Assembly (NCBI RefSeq): GCF_001194135.2
Contig: NC_068999.1
Location: forward strand, 48,468,594 to 48,532,593
Source of the DNA: Octopus bimaculoides
Taxonomy: Eukaryota
Direction: 5' to 3'
DNA: 64,000 nucleotides
Of this stretch, positions 36,648-51,578 are shown piece after piece. The stretch's first letter is position 1. The number at the start of each line of letters is the position of its first letter. The notes below the pieces were generated by a model. That model saw nothing but the letters and a program-made list of their open reading frames with translations, searched no databases and was not told the DNA's origin. Made by a program: the position numbers and the translations under genes.

Positions 36648-38708
36648 TGTATGTATGTATGTATGTATGCATGTATATATATATGTATATATATGTATGT
36701 ATGTATGTATATATATATATATATATGTATNNNNNNNNNNNNNNNNNNNNNNNNNNNNNNNNNNNNNNNNNNNNNNNNNNNNNNNNNNNNNNNNNNNNNN
36801 NNNNNNNNNNNNNNNNNNNNNNNNNNNNNNNNNNNNNNNNNNNNNNNNNNNNNNNNNNNNNNNNNNNNNNNNNNNNNNNNNNNNNNNNNNNNNNNNNNNN
36901 NNNNNNNNNNNNNNNNNNNNNNNNNNNNNNNNNNNNNNNNNNNNNNNNNNNNNNNNNNNNNNNNNNNNNNNNNNNNNNNNNNNNNNNNNNNNNNNNNNNN
37001 NNNNNNNNNNNNNNNNNNNNNNNNNNNNNNNNNNNNNNNNNNNNNNNNNNNNNNNNNNNNNNNNNNNNNNNNNNNNNNNNNNNNNNNNNNNNNNNNNNNN
37101 NNNNNNNNNNNNNNNNNNNNNNNNNNNNNNNNNNNNNNNNNNNNNNNNNNNNNNNNNNNNNNNNNNNNNNNNNNNNNNNNNNNNNNNNNNNNNNNNNNNN
37201 NNNNNNNNNNNNTATGTGTGTGTGTGTATGTATGTATATATATATATGTATGCATTTGCATACATGTATATAAACAAATATATAGACTTAAATGCCTACA
37301 CACTGCTCTCCTCTTTATATCTCTCTTTTACTTACATAAATATGTGTACCATGTATATACACACAAATATAGGTATGTGTGTGTGTGTGTGTGTGTGTGT
37401 AAATATTCATATGCGTGTATGTATATGCATATATTTAAAGACAGATGGTAAAAGAGATACAAAAACACATACACATACACATACACACATAAACATGTGT
37501 GTGATGTTTATACGCATGTGTTCATTGTTTTCTTCAATAAACACTCTGTATCAATTATTCTTTTCTACTCTACGCACAAGGCCCAAAGTTTTTCGGGAGG
37601 GGAGGCCAGTCGATTAGATCGACCCCAGTACGCAACTGGTACTTAATTTATCGACTCCGTAAGGATGAAAGGCAAAGTTGACCTCGGCAGAATTTGAACT
37701 CAGAATGTAAAGACATATGAAATACCATTAAGCATTTCGTCCAGCGTGCTAACATTTTTGCCAGTTTGCCGTCTTTAAAAGAATATTCTTTTTTACTCTA
37801 GGCACAAGGCCTGAAATTTTTGGGGAGGTGGGGCCAGTCGATCAGATCAACCCCAGTATGCAACTGGTACTTAATTTATCAACCCTNNNNNNNNNNNNNN
37901 NNNNNNNNNNNNNNNNNNNNNNNNNNNNNNNNNNNNNNNNNNNNNNNNNNNNNNNNNNNNNNNNNNNNNNNNNNNNNNNNNNNNNNNNNNNNNNNNNNNN
38001 NNNNNNNNNNNNNNNNNNNNNNNNNNNNNNNNNNNNNNNNNNNNNNNNNNNNNNNNNNNNNNNNNNNNNNNNNNNNNNNNNNNNNNNNNNNNNNNNNNNN
38101 NNNNNNNNNNNNNNNNNNNNNNNNNNNNNNNNNNNNNNNNNNNNNNNNNNNNNNNNNNNNNNNNNNNNNNNNNNNNNNNNNNNNNNNNNNNNNNNNNNNN
38201 NNNNNNNNNNNNNNNNNNNNNNNNNNNNNNNNNNNNNNNNNNNNNNNNNNNNNNNNNNNNNNNNNNNNNNNNNNNNNNNNNNNNNNNNNNNNNNNNNNNN
38301 NNNNNNNNNNNNNNNNNNNNNNNNNNNNNNNNNNNNNNNNNNNNNNNNNNNNNNNNNNNNNNNNNNNNNNNNNNNNNNNNNNNNNNNNNNNNNNNNNNNN
38401 NNNNNNNNNNNNNNNNNNNNNNNNNNNNNNNNNNNNNNNNNNNNNNNNNNNNNNNNNNNNNNNNNNNNNNNNNNNNNNNNNNNNNNNNNNNNNNNNNNNN
38501 NNNNNNNNNNNNNNNNNNNNNNNNNNNNNNNNNNNNNNNNNNNNNNNNNNNNNNNNNNNNNNNNNNNNNNNNNNNNNNNNNNNNNCATACACATGCATAT
38601 ATGTATATATACCAGTTTGAAAATATTTGTTCTGTCCTATATAAAGTACATAATTCAAACGCGTCTGTCTACAGCCAAGTTTTTTTGTTGTTGTTGTTGT
38701 TGTTGTTT

Positions 38709-38748
<40 letters not shown>

Positions 38749-38998
38749 GGAAGGAACTGCTTTTGGCTTCAACCGTAAATAATGTGGGTTCAAGAGGGGG
38801 CGCAGGTATTGAAATTCAAAATCTTTGAATCAATAATGACTGAATTAATTGTGCGTTACAGAAGTGTGGAATTTGCAGGGAAAAGGTTGTCTTAACAGAA
38901 AGACTTGTTACACACACACACACACACATGCACACACACATGCACGCACACACACACACACACACACATATGTAGATTCTTTCATACATGCATATACA

Positions 38999-39029
<31 letters not shown>

Positions 39030-39325
39030 TACATACATACACACACACACATGCACACACACACACATACACACATTCACACATACCAACATGCATTTAT
39101 ACATTCACGCTTAGATACAAACACCCATCCGTCCAACCAATCATCCACCCATCCATCCATCCACCCATTCACCATCCATCTACCCATCCATCCGCCCTTC
39201 CATCCATCCATCTATCCATACATAATTATCTAGATTTGTATGCACGCTCATGTACAAACTAAAATATACATCCATCTATACATATATACATATATGATAT
39301 TTTCTCTCTGACCGTCTGTCTATCT

Positions 39326-39370
<45 letters not shown>

Positions 39371-40044
39371 TCTCACTCTCTAGCAGTATTTGTATTGGCT
39401 TCAGAGTTAAGCATTTTATTTGGTCCTGTCTGAAATTCGAGGGAGAATGTTTATGTCAAGTTTTTAAAAAAAAATGAATAAATAAAAACAAAAAGAAAAC
39501 ACTAATCAATGATCAGACCACAGTGCAAAGGGAATGGGGAGATAAATCTTTAAATTTTCTTTTGATAACTCTTATTTACAANNNNNNNNNNNNNNNNNNN
39601 NNNNNNNNNNNNNNNNNNNNNNNNNNNNNNNNNNNNNNNNNNNNNNNNNNNNNNNNNNNNNNNNNNNNNNNNNNNNNNNNNNNNNNNNNNNNNNNNNNNN
39701 NNNNNNNNNNNNNNNNNNNNNNNNNNNNNNNNNNNNNNNNNNNNNNNNNNNNNNNNNNNNNNNNNNNNNNNNNNNNNNNNNNNNNNNNNNNNNNNNNNNN
39801 NNNNNNNNNNNNNNNNNNNNNNNNNNNNNNNNNNNNNNNNNNNNNNNNNNNNNNNNNNNNNNNNNNNNNNNNNNNNNNNNNNNNNNNNNNNNNNNNNNNN
39901 NNNNNNNNNNNNNNNNNNNNNNNNNNNNNNNNNNNNNNNNNNNNNNNNNNNNNNNNNNNNNNNNNNNNNNNNNNNNNNNNNNNNNNNNNNNNNNNNNNNN
40001 NNNNNNNNNNNNNNNNNNNNNNNNNNNNNNNNNNNNNNNNNNNN

Positions 40045-40083
<39 letters not shown>

Positions 40084-42044
40084 GTATTTATATTTCTGTG
40101 TATATATATGTTTGTGGCTAATCTATATAGTTTATATATATATATATGAATACATATATGATACACTCTTTTTGTATGATGATGGTATACATTATGGGAT
40201 ATATACACACACAATATTTATCATAAATAATGATATTTTGTATGTTTTGTGGGGTTTTTTTCTGTTTATAATTTTTGACCAAAATACCATTTGTGCTTTG
40301 ACTTCAATTAGGAGAAGGAAAAAAAAAAATAAACAATTCATTAAAACATAAAATCTGATGAGCAAAGTAAAATCACGGCAATTGCTTTTTATTTTGTTTT
40401 ATGATAATGGCAAGTATTTAAACTCAAGTTGCTTTTATTCTTACATATCACTAACATATAAGCTATAAATTGTTTTTTGTTTTTTTTTTTACTTTTAGCT
40501 TAGAATCTCTGTAAGACAATCTTATAAAGTCAGTTTCGTATTTTAGCAGAAGGCCAGTAATTTCAGGGGAGGGGGATAAGTCGATTTCATCAATCCCAGT
40601 GTTCATGTGGTATTTGCTTTATCAACTCCGAAAAGGATGAAAGGCAAAGTCGACATCGGCGGAATTTGAACTCAGAACATAAAGACAGATAATACACTGT
40701 TAAGCAATTCGCCCAGTGTGTTAATGATTCTGCCAGTTCGTCGCCTGAGACAATCATATAATATTCTTTCTACTATAGGCACAGATCCTGAAATTTTGTG
40801 GTGCGGGGGTGGGGGGTGGGGGGACTAGTCGATTACATTGACCCCTAGTGCTCAACTGATACTTATTTTATTGACCCCCGAAATTATGGAAGGCAAAACC
40901 AACACTGGCAGAATTTGAACACAGAATGTAAAGATGGACGAAATGCAGCTAAGCATTTTTCTTGGCACTCTGATGATTCTGCCAGCCTGCTGCCCCAGAC
41001 AATGAAGAGAAAATTGGTTGAATTATTTGCCTTTAGTTCCTGTTAACCTATTTAAAACTTTTGCCAGTCCAAAGTATTTTCATAAGTTTGTCCTAAACGT
41101 CCACATTTGTTTTCAGACATTTAGTTAGCCCTTGTTTCATATGTTCTGAGTAATAATAAAGCTTTCCTTTCATAAGTCTCAAGATACTCTCATAGCTGAA
41201 AAAAAATCAGGAATGCGTATCATTTATGTTGTATGGACACTAAAGAAACATGTTTCTTTGTATCTCATGTGATATACAGGACATGTTTCTTTGTTTTATG
41301 AGATTCACAGGACAGGTAAAAGTTAAATAAATTATATTTCTATAGTTCCTTGTTATTAGTGTTGATTTATGAAATACTTCTAAAAAAGGAGACTATATAT
41401 CTTTTATTTGTAAAATACATGAAAATCCACACTACAACATGTAGATCATCCCTATAGTAGATTACATACATCGGTGTTCTGCAAGGTCTTGGAAGGGAAC
41501 ACTGTCTTGCTATTGTTGTGGACTCTCCCACTTTTCAAAATTATTTTGCGTAAATTTCACAGAACTTTTAATAACTAAAACACCAACACTCATGAATGCT
41601 GAACTATCTTAATGATATTGAAATATTCCTAAATATTCACCAATATTTTATATCGTCAAGCAGTGTGAATGGTGATATATGAATAGAATTACCAGTATTT
41701 ATTTGATAAATCATATACAATCAAACATTGTAATATGGCGTATCTAAAAATGAGATGTTTTAAAACATCCTTTTCTGTTAAATGTGTGTTCTTTCAATGA
41801 ACTATTTTTTTTATAAGCTCTTTAGACACACATTGCATCCTCTGAGGCAGGACTGGGGAAGCATTTGGGTCTCTGGCTGTTTGTGGAACTCTGACGCAAA
41901 AATAATTTTTCTACAAGACCATGCATTTTAGACACTTTCATAGAGAACACTATGATGGATCTCATAGTGATTTACTTTAAGTAATACATCAGCTCAGCTT
42001 TTTATAAGATCCATAACATTTTGGTTTATGATAGACATGAAGCA

Positions 42045-42081
<37 letters not shown>

Positions 42082-45000
42082 AATAGGGGGTTATTAATGA
42101 TAGGTTGTTGAAAATTATCCTATTTTTATATACATACACCTTTTACTTTCATACACTTTAAACATAATACGGCAAGCAAAGATCTACAGTTCATGATTGA
42201 AAATGTATTCACATATAGCTATATCAATCAATCAATCAATCAATCAATCAGTCAATCAATCAATCAATATTTTACTTATCACGTGTAATGTGTGATAATG
42301 AAAGTCTATAATACGATATTTTATAAAGAAAGTTATTTGTTATTAGCTGAATAGCAAGCTTTTAGAGGATAAAGGTTAAAGTTGTGATGTTTATGCCTTT
42401 CCCATGGCATTAGTGATGCAGAAATGGGAAAATAACAATAGCCAGAAAACAAACCATAAAAACAAAGTTGCAGACTTGGCACCATGGAACCTCAGATTTT
42501 GCTGACCACTAAATTCCACAAATATCACCACAACATTTTACAAATATCTCCATATAAATCTTTGTATACAAATAAGTATATTTGTAACTACCCACTCAAC
42601 TACTTTGAGTAGGTAGTTACAAAAACATTTGGCATCACTCAAAAAAGACATTTAATTAATATGTTTATATTTGCTATCTAAATTTATATATATATATATA
42701 TATAAAACTACCTATGACTAGAAGTTGATATGTTTTCTATGTTCCTTGCAACATCAGTTGTTGCTGATGGGAGGATGCAGATTGGTTCAAGTATCACATT
42801 TTAGGCTCATGTGATCAGAGCAGCGATTGCCTACTTTTGTTATATGACAAATGCAATATAACACATCATATAATATGTGGATACCAAACATCTCCATTCA
42901 GACATTTCATATAACTGTATATTCTATAACTCTTGGTTATAGAATGGTTTTCAAAACTCACTACTATTATTACTGAAGTGATCTGACTTGTTGGAAACTT
43001 GTGAATCTTTCATCTTTAGAATTCCTATGGAGATTTTGTGTTCTGTTCCCTGTTTGTATTTCTGTTTTATTTTGTTTCAGTATTAAAATAACAAAGTAGA
43101 AACAATTTAATATAATGTTCTGATACCTGATTAGCACAGAGAGCAAGTGTTTAGCTCATAGTAAACCAAATATTCAAGATAAGCTCATATGCCCGTTTTC
43201 ATTTCATGTTGATGTCAATTCATTCACTTTACAAGCTGTGCCAGTAGAACCACTGAGCAGACAGCTTACACGTTCCGACAGACTGTAGAGTATATATTTA
43301 CATACTCATGTTTTGTGTTCTATTTTCCTGTTTGAATCACCAAACCTAAGAGTATTGATATATATCTGAAGCATTTCAAAAAATATAATCTTCTTAAAAT
43401 GTTCTTTTGTTCTGATGAAATCAGTGGTATTTATACACTTGTACTTACATGAAAAATTGGTATGGATTAATTATACAAACATGTATTCATACATACATAC
43501 ATACATACATACATACATACACGCAAACATCCAAATACATACATACATACATACATGCATACACATACACTCATACATGCACACACATATGTATGTATGT
43601 ATGTATAAACACACACATATTTGCACTCATTCATACATACATTTACATAACAATATTTATCTCAGCTGAGTGTTATGAAGAGAGTCAATAGCTAGACATT
43701 TCATAAGAGTAAATGGTGGGGAGAGGCGTGGGGGTAGGACATAGGAATTGTAGCACTTGTTCCATTCACAAGAATTTTGCCATTGTAAGTAAGTGTTGTG
43801 AAATAGATGGGGAAAAAATCCCCAAGAAAACATGGAATAAAAATTGTAGTGTACATGAGTCGTGTACATGACCTGTGAAGATCTTACTGATGGTTCTACA
43901 CCAAGCACAAACATACATGATGAGAGAGAGGAAAAAAAGAAGAAGGGAGAGAGGGAGAGGGAAAGTGAGATAGTTAAAAGTAGGGAGAGGAGGAAGAGAG
44001 CGGGTAGGGAGAGAGAGAGAACTTGCTAGAGACTGGAGAGAGGAAGGAGAGAGAGGGAGAAGGCGGGATGGAGAGAGAGGAAGAAGGAGGGAGGGAGTGG
44101 AAGGGAGAAAGAGAAGGAGGAAGAGAGAGAGAGTGAGTGAGGGGAGTGGGACATTGAATGTAAAGTACTTGTTTTGTTAAATTAAAGACTTGGAGCAATG
44201 TTTTTTGGTAAATGCAAAGAAAAAAATCAAGGATTTCCATAGGAAATACTTACAAAAGTAAATAATATCTGTTTTCAAGTAAGAAATATTATGAAATTGA
44301 TATATTTATGTTGCAACCAATTAGGGATATACACAATAACACATTAGCAAATGAATTTAGTAAAACATAAAGTTAGCATTTCATTGCTTGCTTAACAACA
44401 AATCATTAATAATTGCAAAGAAAAATTTCCCCTCTCTTTCTCTGTCTTCAGAAAATTAGTAGATTAAAGTTGTCTTAACTAATTCCTGGTTGCAATGTTA
44501 TAAAGGCTGAATGTATAACATTGATCTAACTTTGGTTTACTCCACTCATCTGTGTGGAATAAATTTTAGTCATTCGACATTCAGTCATACATACATACAT
44601 ACATACATACATACATACATACATACATACATACATGCATACATACATAAGTGCATGCATTCACACATACACATACATGCATTCATAAGTCATAAATATG
44701 TAAATGCATATGTGACAATTTGGTTAATGTCCAGTTTCCAGTGAAAGAGGCTTGTTTCTGGGTAAGAAACTAGCTCTTTCACTAATGGTGAGAAATTTAA
44801 AAATAAAAGCAAACTAGACACATACATACATAATACATCACCATAATCTAACATCTGCTTTCCATGCTGGCGTGGGTCAGATGGTTTGACAGGAGCTGGC
44901 AAACCAGAAGTGTTGTCAGGGCTCTGTTGTGACACAAGGTGTGCCTTGAGTACTTTTTATGGACCTGACAGAGCCCATCCATCTGCTGGTCTGACACCTA

Positions 45001-46198
45001 CCAATACTATCCATTATCCATGATCCATTAACAAGTTATCAGCCATATTGAATTTTTGGGGTTATGAAGGAGGAATTAACAGTCAATTATATAAATCCCA
45101 GAACTCAATTGTTACCTCAAGGAACCACGGAAGGCAAAGTTGATCTCTGTGTGATTTGAACACAGAACATAACAGACTCATAACTAAATTTTTCAAGACA
45201 GTTTGTCCAATATTATTATGATTCTGCCAATCTACTTGCCCTACTAGCTTTGATAACTACCAAAATAAGGAACTGTAATCTTGTTGCTGCTGTTTGATTT
45301 CATTTAAATACCACTGCATTTAAATACCTCATTTGACATTCTGTGAACATGAAGTTGGCCAAAGGAGAATCTGAATATAATGTTCACAGTCATCCTTAGC
45401 TTTTCTGCATCATAAGCTCAATACCCACATTAGAATTCTGCTCACATCTATAGAATGCTGCTACTATTTCATGTAACAATATCTAAAAGTAAATCTGAAA
45501 TCAGCCATTTGGCTGATTTGAAAACAATTCAGTCACCAACCAATACTTCACAGATATACTAGCCCTTCTATCTTTTCTAGAATGACCTCTTCTCTTCTGA
45601 ACTTGATCTCTATGCCCTATTCACCCAAGTCTTATTTGTTCCATCACTTCTATTGTGTCTAAGCTCTAGAGCCTTTTCCCTCACAAAGCTTTATCTGTAA
45701 TCCTTTTTCTCCCAGTACTGTGGCTCCCATCCTTAGAATTATCTCCCTGCTATCCATGTTTTACATACTTTATAACCATTGACTTATAGATAGCCAAGCT
45801 GAACATCAACTGCCTCAATTTTTACCAGTCCTGGAGGATCTGTCAAAGTCATGAGGCAATAAAAATAACCCTTGTCCTCTGGTTCTATAAACATGTTGTG
45901 ACTTTAATCAGAGCATTATAATGTCTGATGCTTAATTAAGAGCCATTTAATGAAATCTTAGTTATGTTGAGGTAATAATCTGTTTATATTAATAAGGAAT
46001 ACAGAAAATAATTACCTGTTGATAACATGTAGATAGAAAGGAGGAGGGAGAAAGAAAGGTAGGGAAAGAGGGAAGCGAAGTGAAAGTGGGAGCGCAAGAA
46101 AGTTATAGTAGAAGGATTTGATATAAAAAAATATATCAGAATGATGTTAATGCAATAACCAGTGTGATATTATCTTTATTACATTTTGTTGTATTATG

Positions 46199-46238
<40 letters not shown>

Positions 46239-46771
46239 GCATACATACATACATACATGCTACATAAATGTCACACATACATAATTATATAATGACGCTA
46301 TTGAGTGTGTGTGTTTGTTTATTGAAATAGTTATTTAAATCAAGTTATGGGAGAGCAAATATAACCTTATATTGAAAGGTAAGATATATATATTTATATA
46401 TTTATATATATACATATATATATCACATGTCCACACACACATATTATGGTTTGCTTGGAATTGGATAAAAGTGAAGATTCTAAGATTTTGTCCCCTTTAT
46501 AAAAGAGTTGATTTATCACTATGTATAATTAAAACCTCAGTGAACTCTGAATTCAGCTGGAAAGCCAATAAATGAATGTTATGGAATTTCGACTAAGAAT
46601 CACGGGATGTAGTTTTGGCTGATGGGAGTTGAAAGTGTTGAGAAGGTAAGCAACCAGCATTGATCAAATAGTAAATCTTGATGACGCAATTATATCATTG
46701 CTTACATGTTAGTGAAGTTTCTTCCTATATACATATACATGCATATATACATATATATATATACATATACA

Positions 46772-46829
<58 letters not shown>

Positions 46830-47219
46830 CACACACACATACACGCATATTTATATATATACATATACATATATATATATATATACATACACTCATTTAT
46901 ATAAACATACATACATGGCATGTAAGCATATATGTATGTCTATGCATGTGCATATAGGCGACTATCCTGCAGAAAATATATATTGGACAATTCACATGAG
47001 AATTCTGGTGGCATCATACACCAACAAATCATGTTTTATTCTTTGGTGCTCACCATGTTTATGTATTTATAAAGGAAACAATTCTTTTAAAATATTACAC
47101 ACACGCACGTGCATATACACATTTATATATGTGTGTGTGTGTATATATATATATATGTTGTTTATAGTTTCAGCTTAGAGCTGCGGTCATGCTGATGCAT
47201 TGCCGTGAAAAAGACATGT

Positions 47220-47290
47220 TGCGTCGGCCGGGAATCGAACCCGGGCCGCCCGTGTGGCAGGCGAGCATTCTACCACTGAACCACCAATGC
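47220..47290 (-). tRNA. tRNA-Gly(GCC), with two stem mismatches (possible pseudogene)
   Basis: Minus strand reads GCATTGGTGGTTCAGTGGTAGAATGCTCGCCTGCCACACGGGCGGCCCGGGTTCGATTCCCGGCCGACGCA (71 nt). Intact A and B boxes, anticodon GCC, and a T5 Pol III terminator 8 nt downstream (47208-47212). Confidence 0.9.
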
Positions 47291-47304
47291 CCATATATAT
47301 ATAC

Positions 47305-47387
<83 letters not shown>

Positions 47388-47903
47388 NNNNNNNNNNNNN
47401 NNNNNNNNNNNNNNNNNNNNNNNNNNNNNNNNNNNNNNNNNNNNNNNNNNNNNNNNNNNNNNNNNNNNNNNNNNNNNNNNNNNNNNNNNNNNNNNNNNNN
47501 NNNNNNNNNNNNNNNNNNNNNNNNNNNNNNNNNNNNNNNNNNNNNNNNNNNNNNNNNNNNNNNNNNNNNNNNNNNNNNNNNNNNNNNNNNNNNNNNNNNN
47601 NNNNNNNNNNNNNNNNNACACACACACACACACACACATATGCCTTTACTTTTCGAAAAAACCTCGGTTCAAGGCTATCTCGCCCTGCTCAATTGTCGAA
47701 GAAACGAGTAAGTAAATAAATAATTAGGAAATATTTAATTAAACCAAATAAACGAGATTGTGTTTCTTTCTGCAGGTTACACATAACAAATAATAATAAT
47801 AATAATAATCAGGTAGGCGTGAAAGGACCTCCGGTGCGGTGGGGGATGGGGCGGCTAAGGTGTGAATATTTGGAGTTAGGAGGGGATTGTGGGGTGGTGG
47901 GTT

Positions 47904-48601
47904 TTAAACTTGAGCTTCACAAAGGTTAACATAAAGATCACTATCGTATGACACAGTGGCCGTTGATTCCTTCTCGACACTCGGAGGATCACTCCCATCA
48001 TCCCTACCCACATCCGATCCTTTACTTCTAAACCTCTTCTCACTGCTACGCCGTGATTGGTCTTTACTCGACCGCTCCGATCGATTCGACACAATACTGT
48101 CCGAACCGATCTCATGCAATACACCACACATGCTACTGGTATCCTTTTTTGATCCTTCTTTGCGGCTGTTAAGGAATTCAGATATTTTAGTGATAGCCGA
48201 AACCGGCGATAATTGTTTCAAGTCCAAATGGAAGCCATCTTTCTCCTCGTTTATTCTGGAGAGTATTATTTGTTTTTGTTTGTTTTTCTGTTGAATTAAA
48301 CATTGCAGTTGTGTTTTGTTGCCGTCTTTTTCGGAGCTTTTTAAATGTACAGGACAGACAACATACTGAATGTTTTCCAGTGGTTTGTCCATCATGCCAT
48401 CACCAACATCGATATCCAACAAAGCTACAGCTTCTGACACATTCTGACTAACAGTACTCGGATAACTGTCGATTACTTCTTGGTTACTGGGGTGTCGTTC
48501 GAAGATCGGCATAAAAAACATGCAGAATCCTCCTAGAATCATAGCGGATCCAGCAAAAATATAACCGGCCGATGTAGACTCGTATGATTCATTCAAATAA
48601 A
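47904..48601 (-). CDS. SLC16/MCT-like MFS transporter, terminal exon (last TM plus ~200-aa acidic/Ser-rich tail)
   Basis: tttttcag acceptor at 48603-48602, phase 1. Encodes [33 protein letters not shown]...VNLCEAQV*, in frame with the upstream exon. Confidence 0.85.
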
Positions 48602-49419
48602 CTGAAAAAAAAAAGAAAGAGAAAAATCATATTATATACTTGATAGTCTAATAAATAAATAAATAAACAAACAAACAAAAAATAGACAAATAAATAAATA
48701 AATAAATAAAGGAACTTAATCTTTCGTTGCAAGAGTAAAATTAGAGTTATCTCCCTTGTAACTATCAATTTTTCTCGTGAAAATAAACAGAGATGATAAT
48801 TGTTTTTAACAGCGACTCAATGCCTAATAATTTTGAAGAAGTGGTTTTAACAATGAAATCGCTTTATTGGGTAAGTCGATTACATCGCTCCCAGTGTTTT
48901 ACTGGTACTCAGTTTATCGACCCCGATAGGATGAAAGGCAAAGCCGACCTTGGCAGAATTTGAACGTAAAGACAGACGAAATACCGCTAAGAATTTCGCC
49001 CGGCTTGCTAACGTTTCTGCCAGCTCGCCGCCCTTAATCGATATCTTGATTAAAACAGATAATAGCCCGAATAAATATGGTCACAATTGTTACCAAACTA
49101 AACACCAATGGGCTTTCAACAAGGCTTAGTTTAGCCTTAATCCATCTAAATACAAATTCACTTGTAAAACTGAAAGGATTCAGACTTGTCATTTTATAAA
49201 AGATTTTCTATTAAATGACTTAAATTAGGTTCAAAATAACATTAAAAGTAGTCAAAAGAAACGAATCGACGCCTCAGAAATATTGGCTTTATAAGTTATT
49301 ATCCTCTCAATTATTTTATAATTGAATATTCTTTTGGTGAACAAAATTGAGTGTTGTATGCTGTGTGTATATTCTTTACTAATTTTAATTGCTTAAGTAA
49401 GAATAAAAGTTTGACTTAC

Positions 49420-49801
49420 TAGCTGTAAAAGTTCCAGCCAAAGTGGAAATAGATTGGGCTGCACAGGTAAAACCCCAGGCTCGCTCCATTATTTTCACCT
49501 TAACTAACTGATAGATATACATCTTCAGGCTGTAATAGTAACCTCCACAAGCAATTCCATATCCACAGGCATAAAGGGCATGAACTGTGAGATGATCGGC
49601 CAACTGCAGAAGGACAGTGAGTAAACCGGCAGAAAGAGCGGCTGTTTGACATAGGTGACGCCTCGAGATTAAACACTCTTTACTTTGACGTATAATTACA
49701 TAACCGAAGCCGAAACATCCGGCAACGAAACCCGTGCACAGGTAGATATTCAACAGTAAAAGATTGTGGTCGCTAACGTTGTGTTGGGATGCAGTAAGTA
49801 G
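49420..49801 (-). CDS. SLC16/MCT-like transporter exon (TM8-TM11 region)
   Basis: cttttcag acceptor and A|GTAAGT donor. Encodes LLTASQH...[10 protein letters not shown]...[24 protein letters not shown]...[16 protein letters not shown]. Confidence 0.88.
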
Positions 49802-51307
49802 CTGAAAAGAAAAAAAACGGAAAAAAATATATATAAATATATATTGTATAATAGTAACAGATCAAAAATATTTAAATTCTTTTAAAATTAGGGAAAAATT
49901 AAAAACTTATTCAACGTATGACATCATGACATATCCGATATTGAGTAAACTATGATTACATTAGACTAAAGACTATGACTAGTGTTTTATGTTGTGAAAC
50001 AATAGATGCACATCTGTCGTTTAAATTGCTTTTATTTTTCGTTATATTAGGCAGCGAGCTAACAGAATCATTAGTATTCAGAGCAAAATGCTTAGCGGCA
50101 TTTCGTCCGTCTTTATGTCCTAATTTCAAATGCCGCTGAGGTCGACTTTGCCTTTCATCCATTCGGGATCGATAAAATAAGTATAAGTTGTTCACTGGGT
50201 TGGTGTAAGTGATTTACCTCCACCCCTAAAATTGCTGGCCTTGTGCCAAAATTTGAAATCAATACTTTTCGTTATGTCTCATATTTCTGCATTTCAGTAC
50301 CTTTCTGGTGTCTAGTATGTAGTTGTAGAACATGGACATACAAGGATCTTTAAAACCACATCTTACGACAATGATAAGTGTAAAAACTATCACTATGCTC
50401 GGTAGATTCACCCAATACAATATTGTAAAGATTAGTAATTGAAATTATAATTATGGTTTCAGACTTCGTTGCACAGTTTTCCGAAGTCTTTTAGATTTGT
50501 TTCAGGAAAATGCACAACAGGTCTAAATGTTATTCGTCTAAATTTTATTCAAATGTTTTCTCTTAGGAAGAAATCATCGTTATTGACCAGCAATTGTTAA
50601 CCAAAATCATGCTAAGGTGTTCCCAAAACATTTCTACTGTCGGAGCACATTTTTCCCAGTTTTTGCACCTCACAGGATTGGAATTTCTTTATGCATTCCG
50701 GTTCACGTTTCAATATAATTAAACGGTCTTTCCTTGGTCTTCATCTCTTTTTACCATCTATGTTTTTAGTGACTCATTCATACATAAATACATTTTACAA
50801 AGATAAATTGCACTCAGTTGATTAAACGCAAAACCAGTCCAGTTAATATTAAATATATCAAATAATATAACAAAATATATTTCACGTTCCAGGAACTCAA
50901 TTTGTAATCAGTTGTAGTTTACAAATGAAAATAAGTTTTGATACTTAGTGTGTGACTCTAACACTGTTATAGAAAATGATGATAAATATAAAATGCGCCA
51001 TTACTATATAGATAATTGCATACACTTACTAGGGAAGCTACGTTAGTAAAGAGACCTGAAGCCACAACTGAATGCTTAAACACTATTGCTTATAATAAAA
51101 TTTATGAATGCCCGTAATTTCACTTGAAAGAAAATTTAGTTATTTGCTTGTGTGTGTGATTTAAAAAATACGTACATTTATATTAAGATATTACGATAAT
51201 ACATGATTTTATAAATTTACTTATACACAACCTATTCGACTTGTTAATGGATGTGAGATGGGTTTTGAAGCAAGCAAACACATTTTGTATATTCATAAAG
51301 AACTCAC

Positions 51308-51578
51308 CAGTAATATAAATGGAACGTGGATACCAAGACCAACGAGAGCCACAATGATTAACATCATTAGTAGAGCACGCATTCGTAATGCTTGGAAGTC
51401 AAAATAAGGAGGCTTTTGTGCCTCTCGATCACGTCTGGTCTTCATTTGGTTTTTGATGTGTAAAAGCATCTTCCGACGAGGATGATATAAAGAAGCAGAT
51501 CGGTATAGAAACCCAGCAAATATTGTCAGTACTTGCATACCAGCTATGCTTTGTAATGCACGGGTCCATGTCAATTGC
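51308..51578 (-). CDS. SLC16/MCT-like transporter exon (TM6, central loop, TM7)
   Basis: ttgcag acceptor and CTG|GTGAGT donor. Encodes [13 protein letters not shown]...[19 protein letters not shown]...KPPYFDF...GIHVPFILL. Confidence 0.88.

Noticed and set aside
38816-39262. Many YI/CV/HT/TH-repeat ORFs (also 46.7, 56.6-57.4 and 58.2-59.5 kb)
   Set aside because: Translations of (AT)n, (GT)n, (CA)n and (GA)n repeats.
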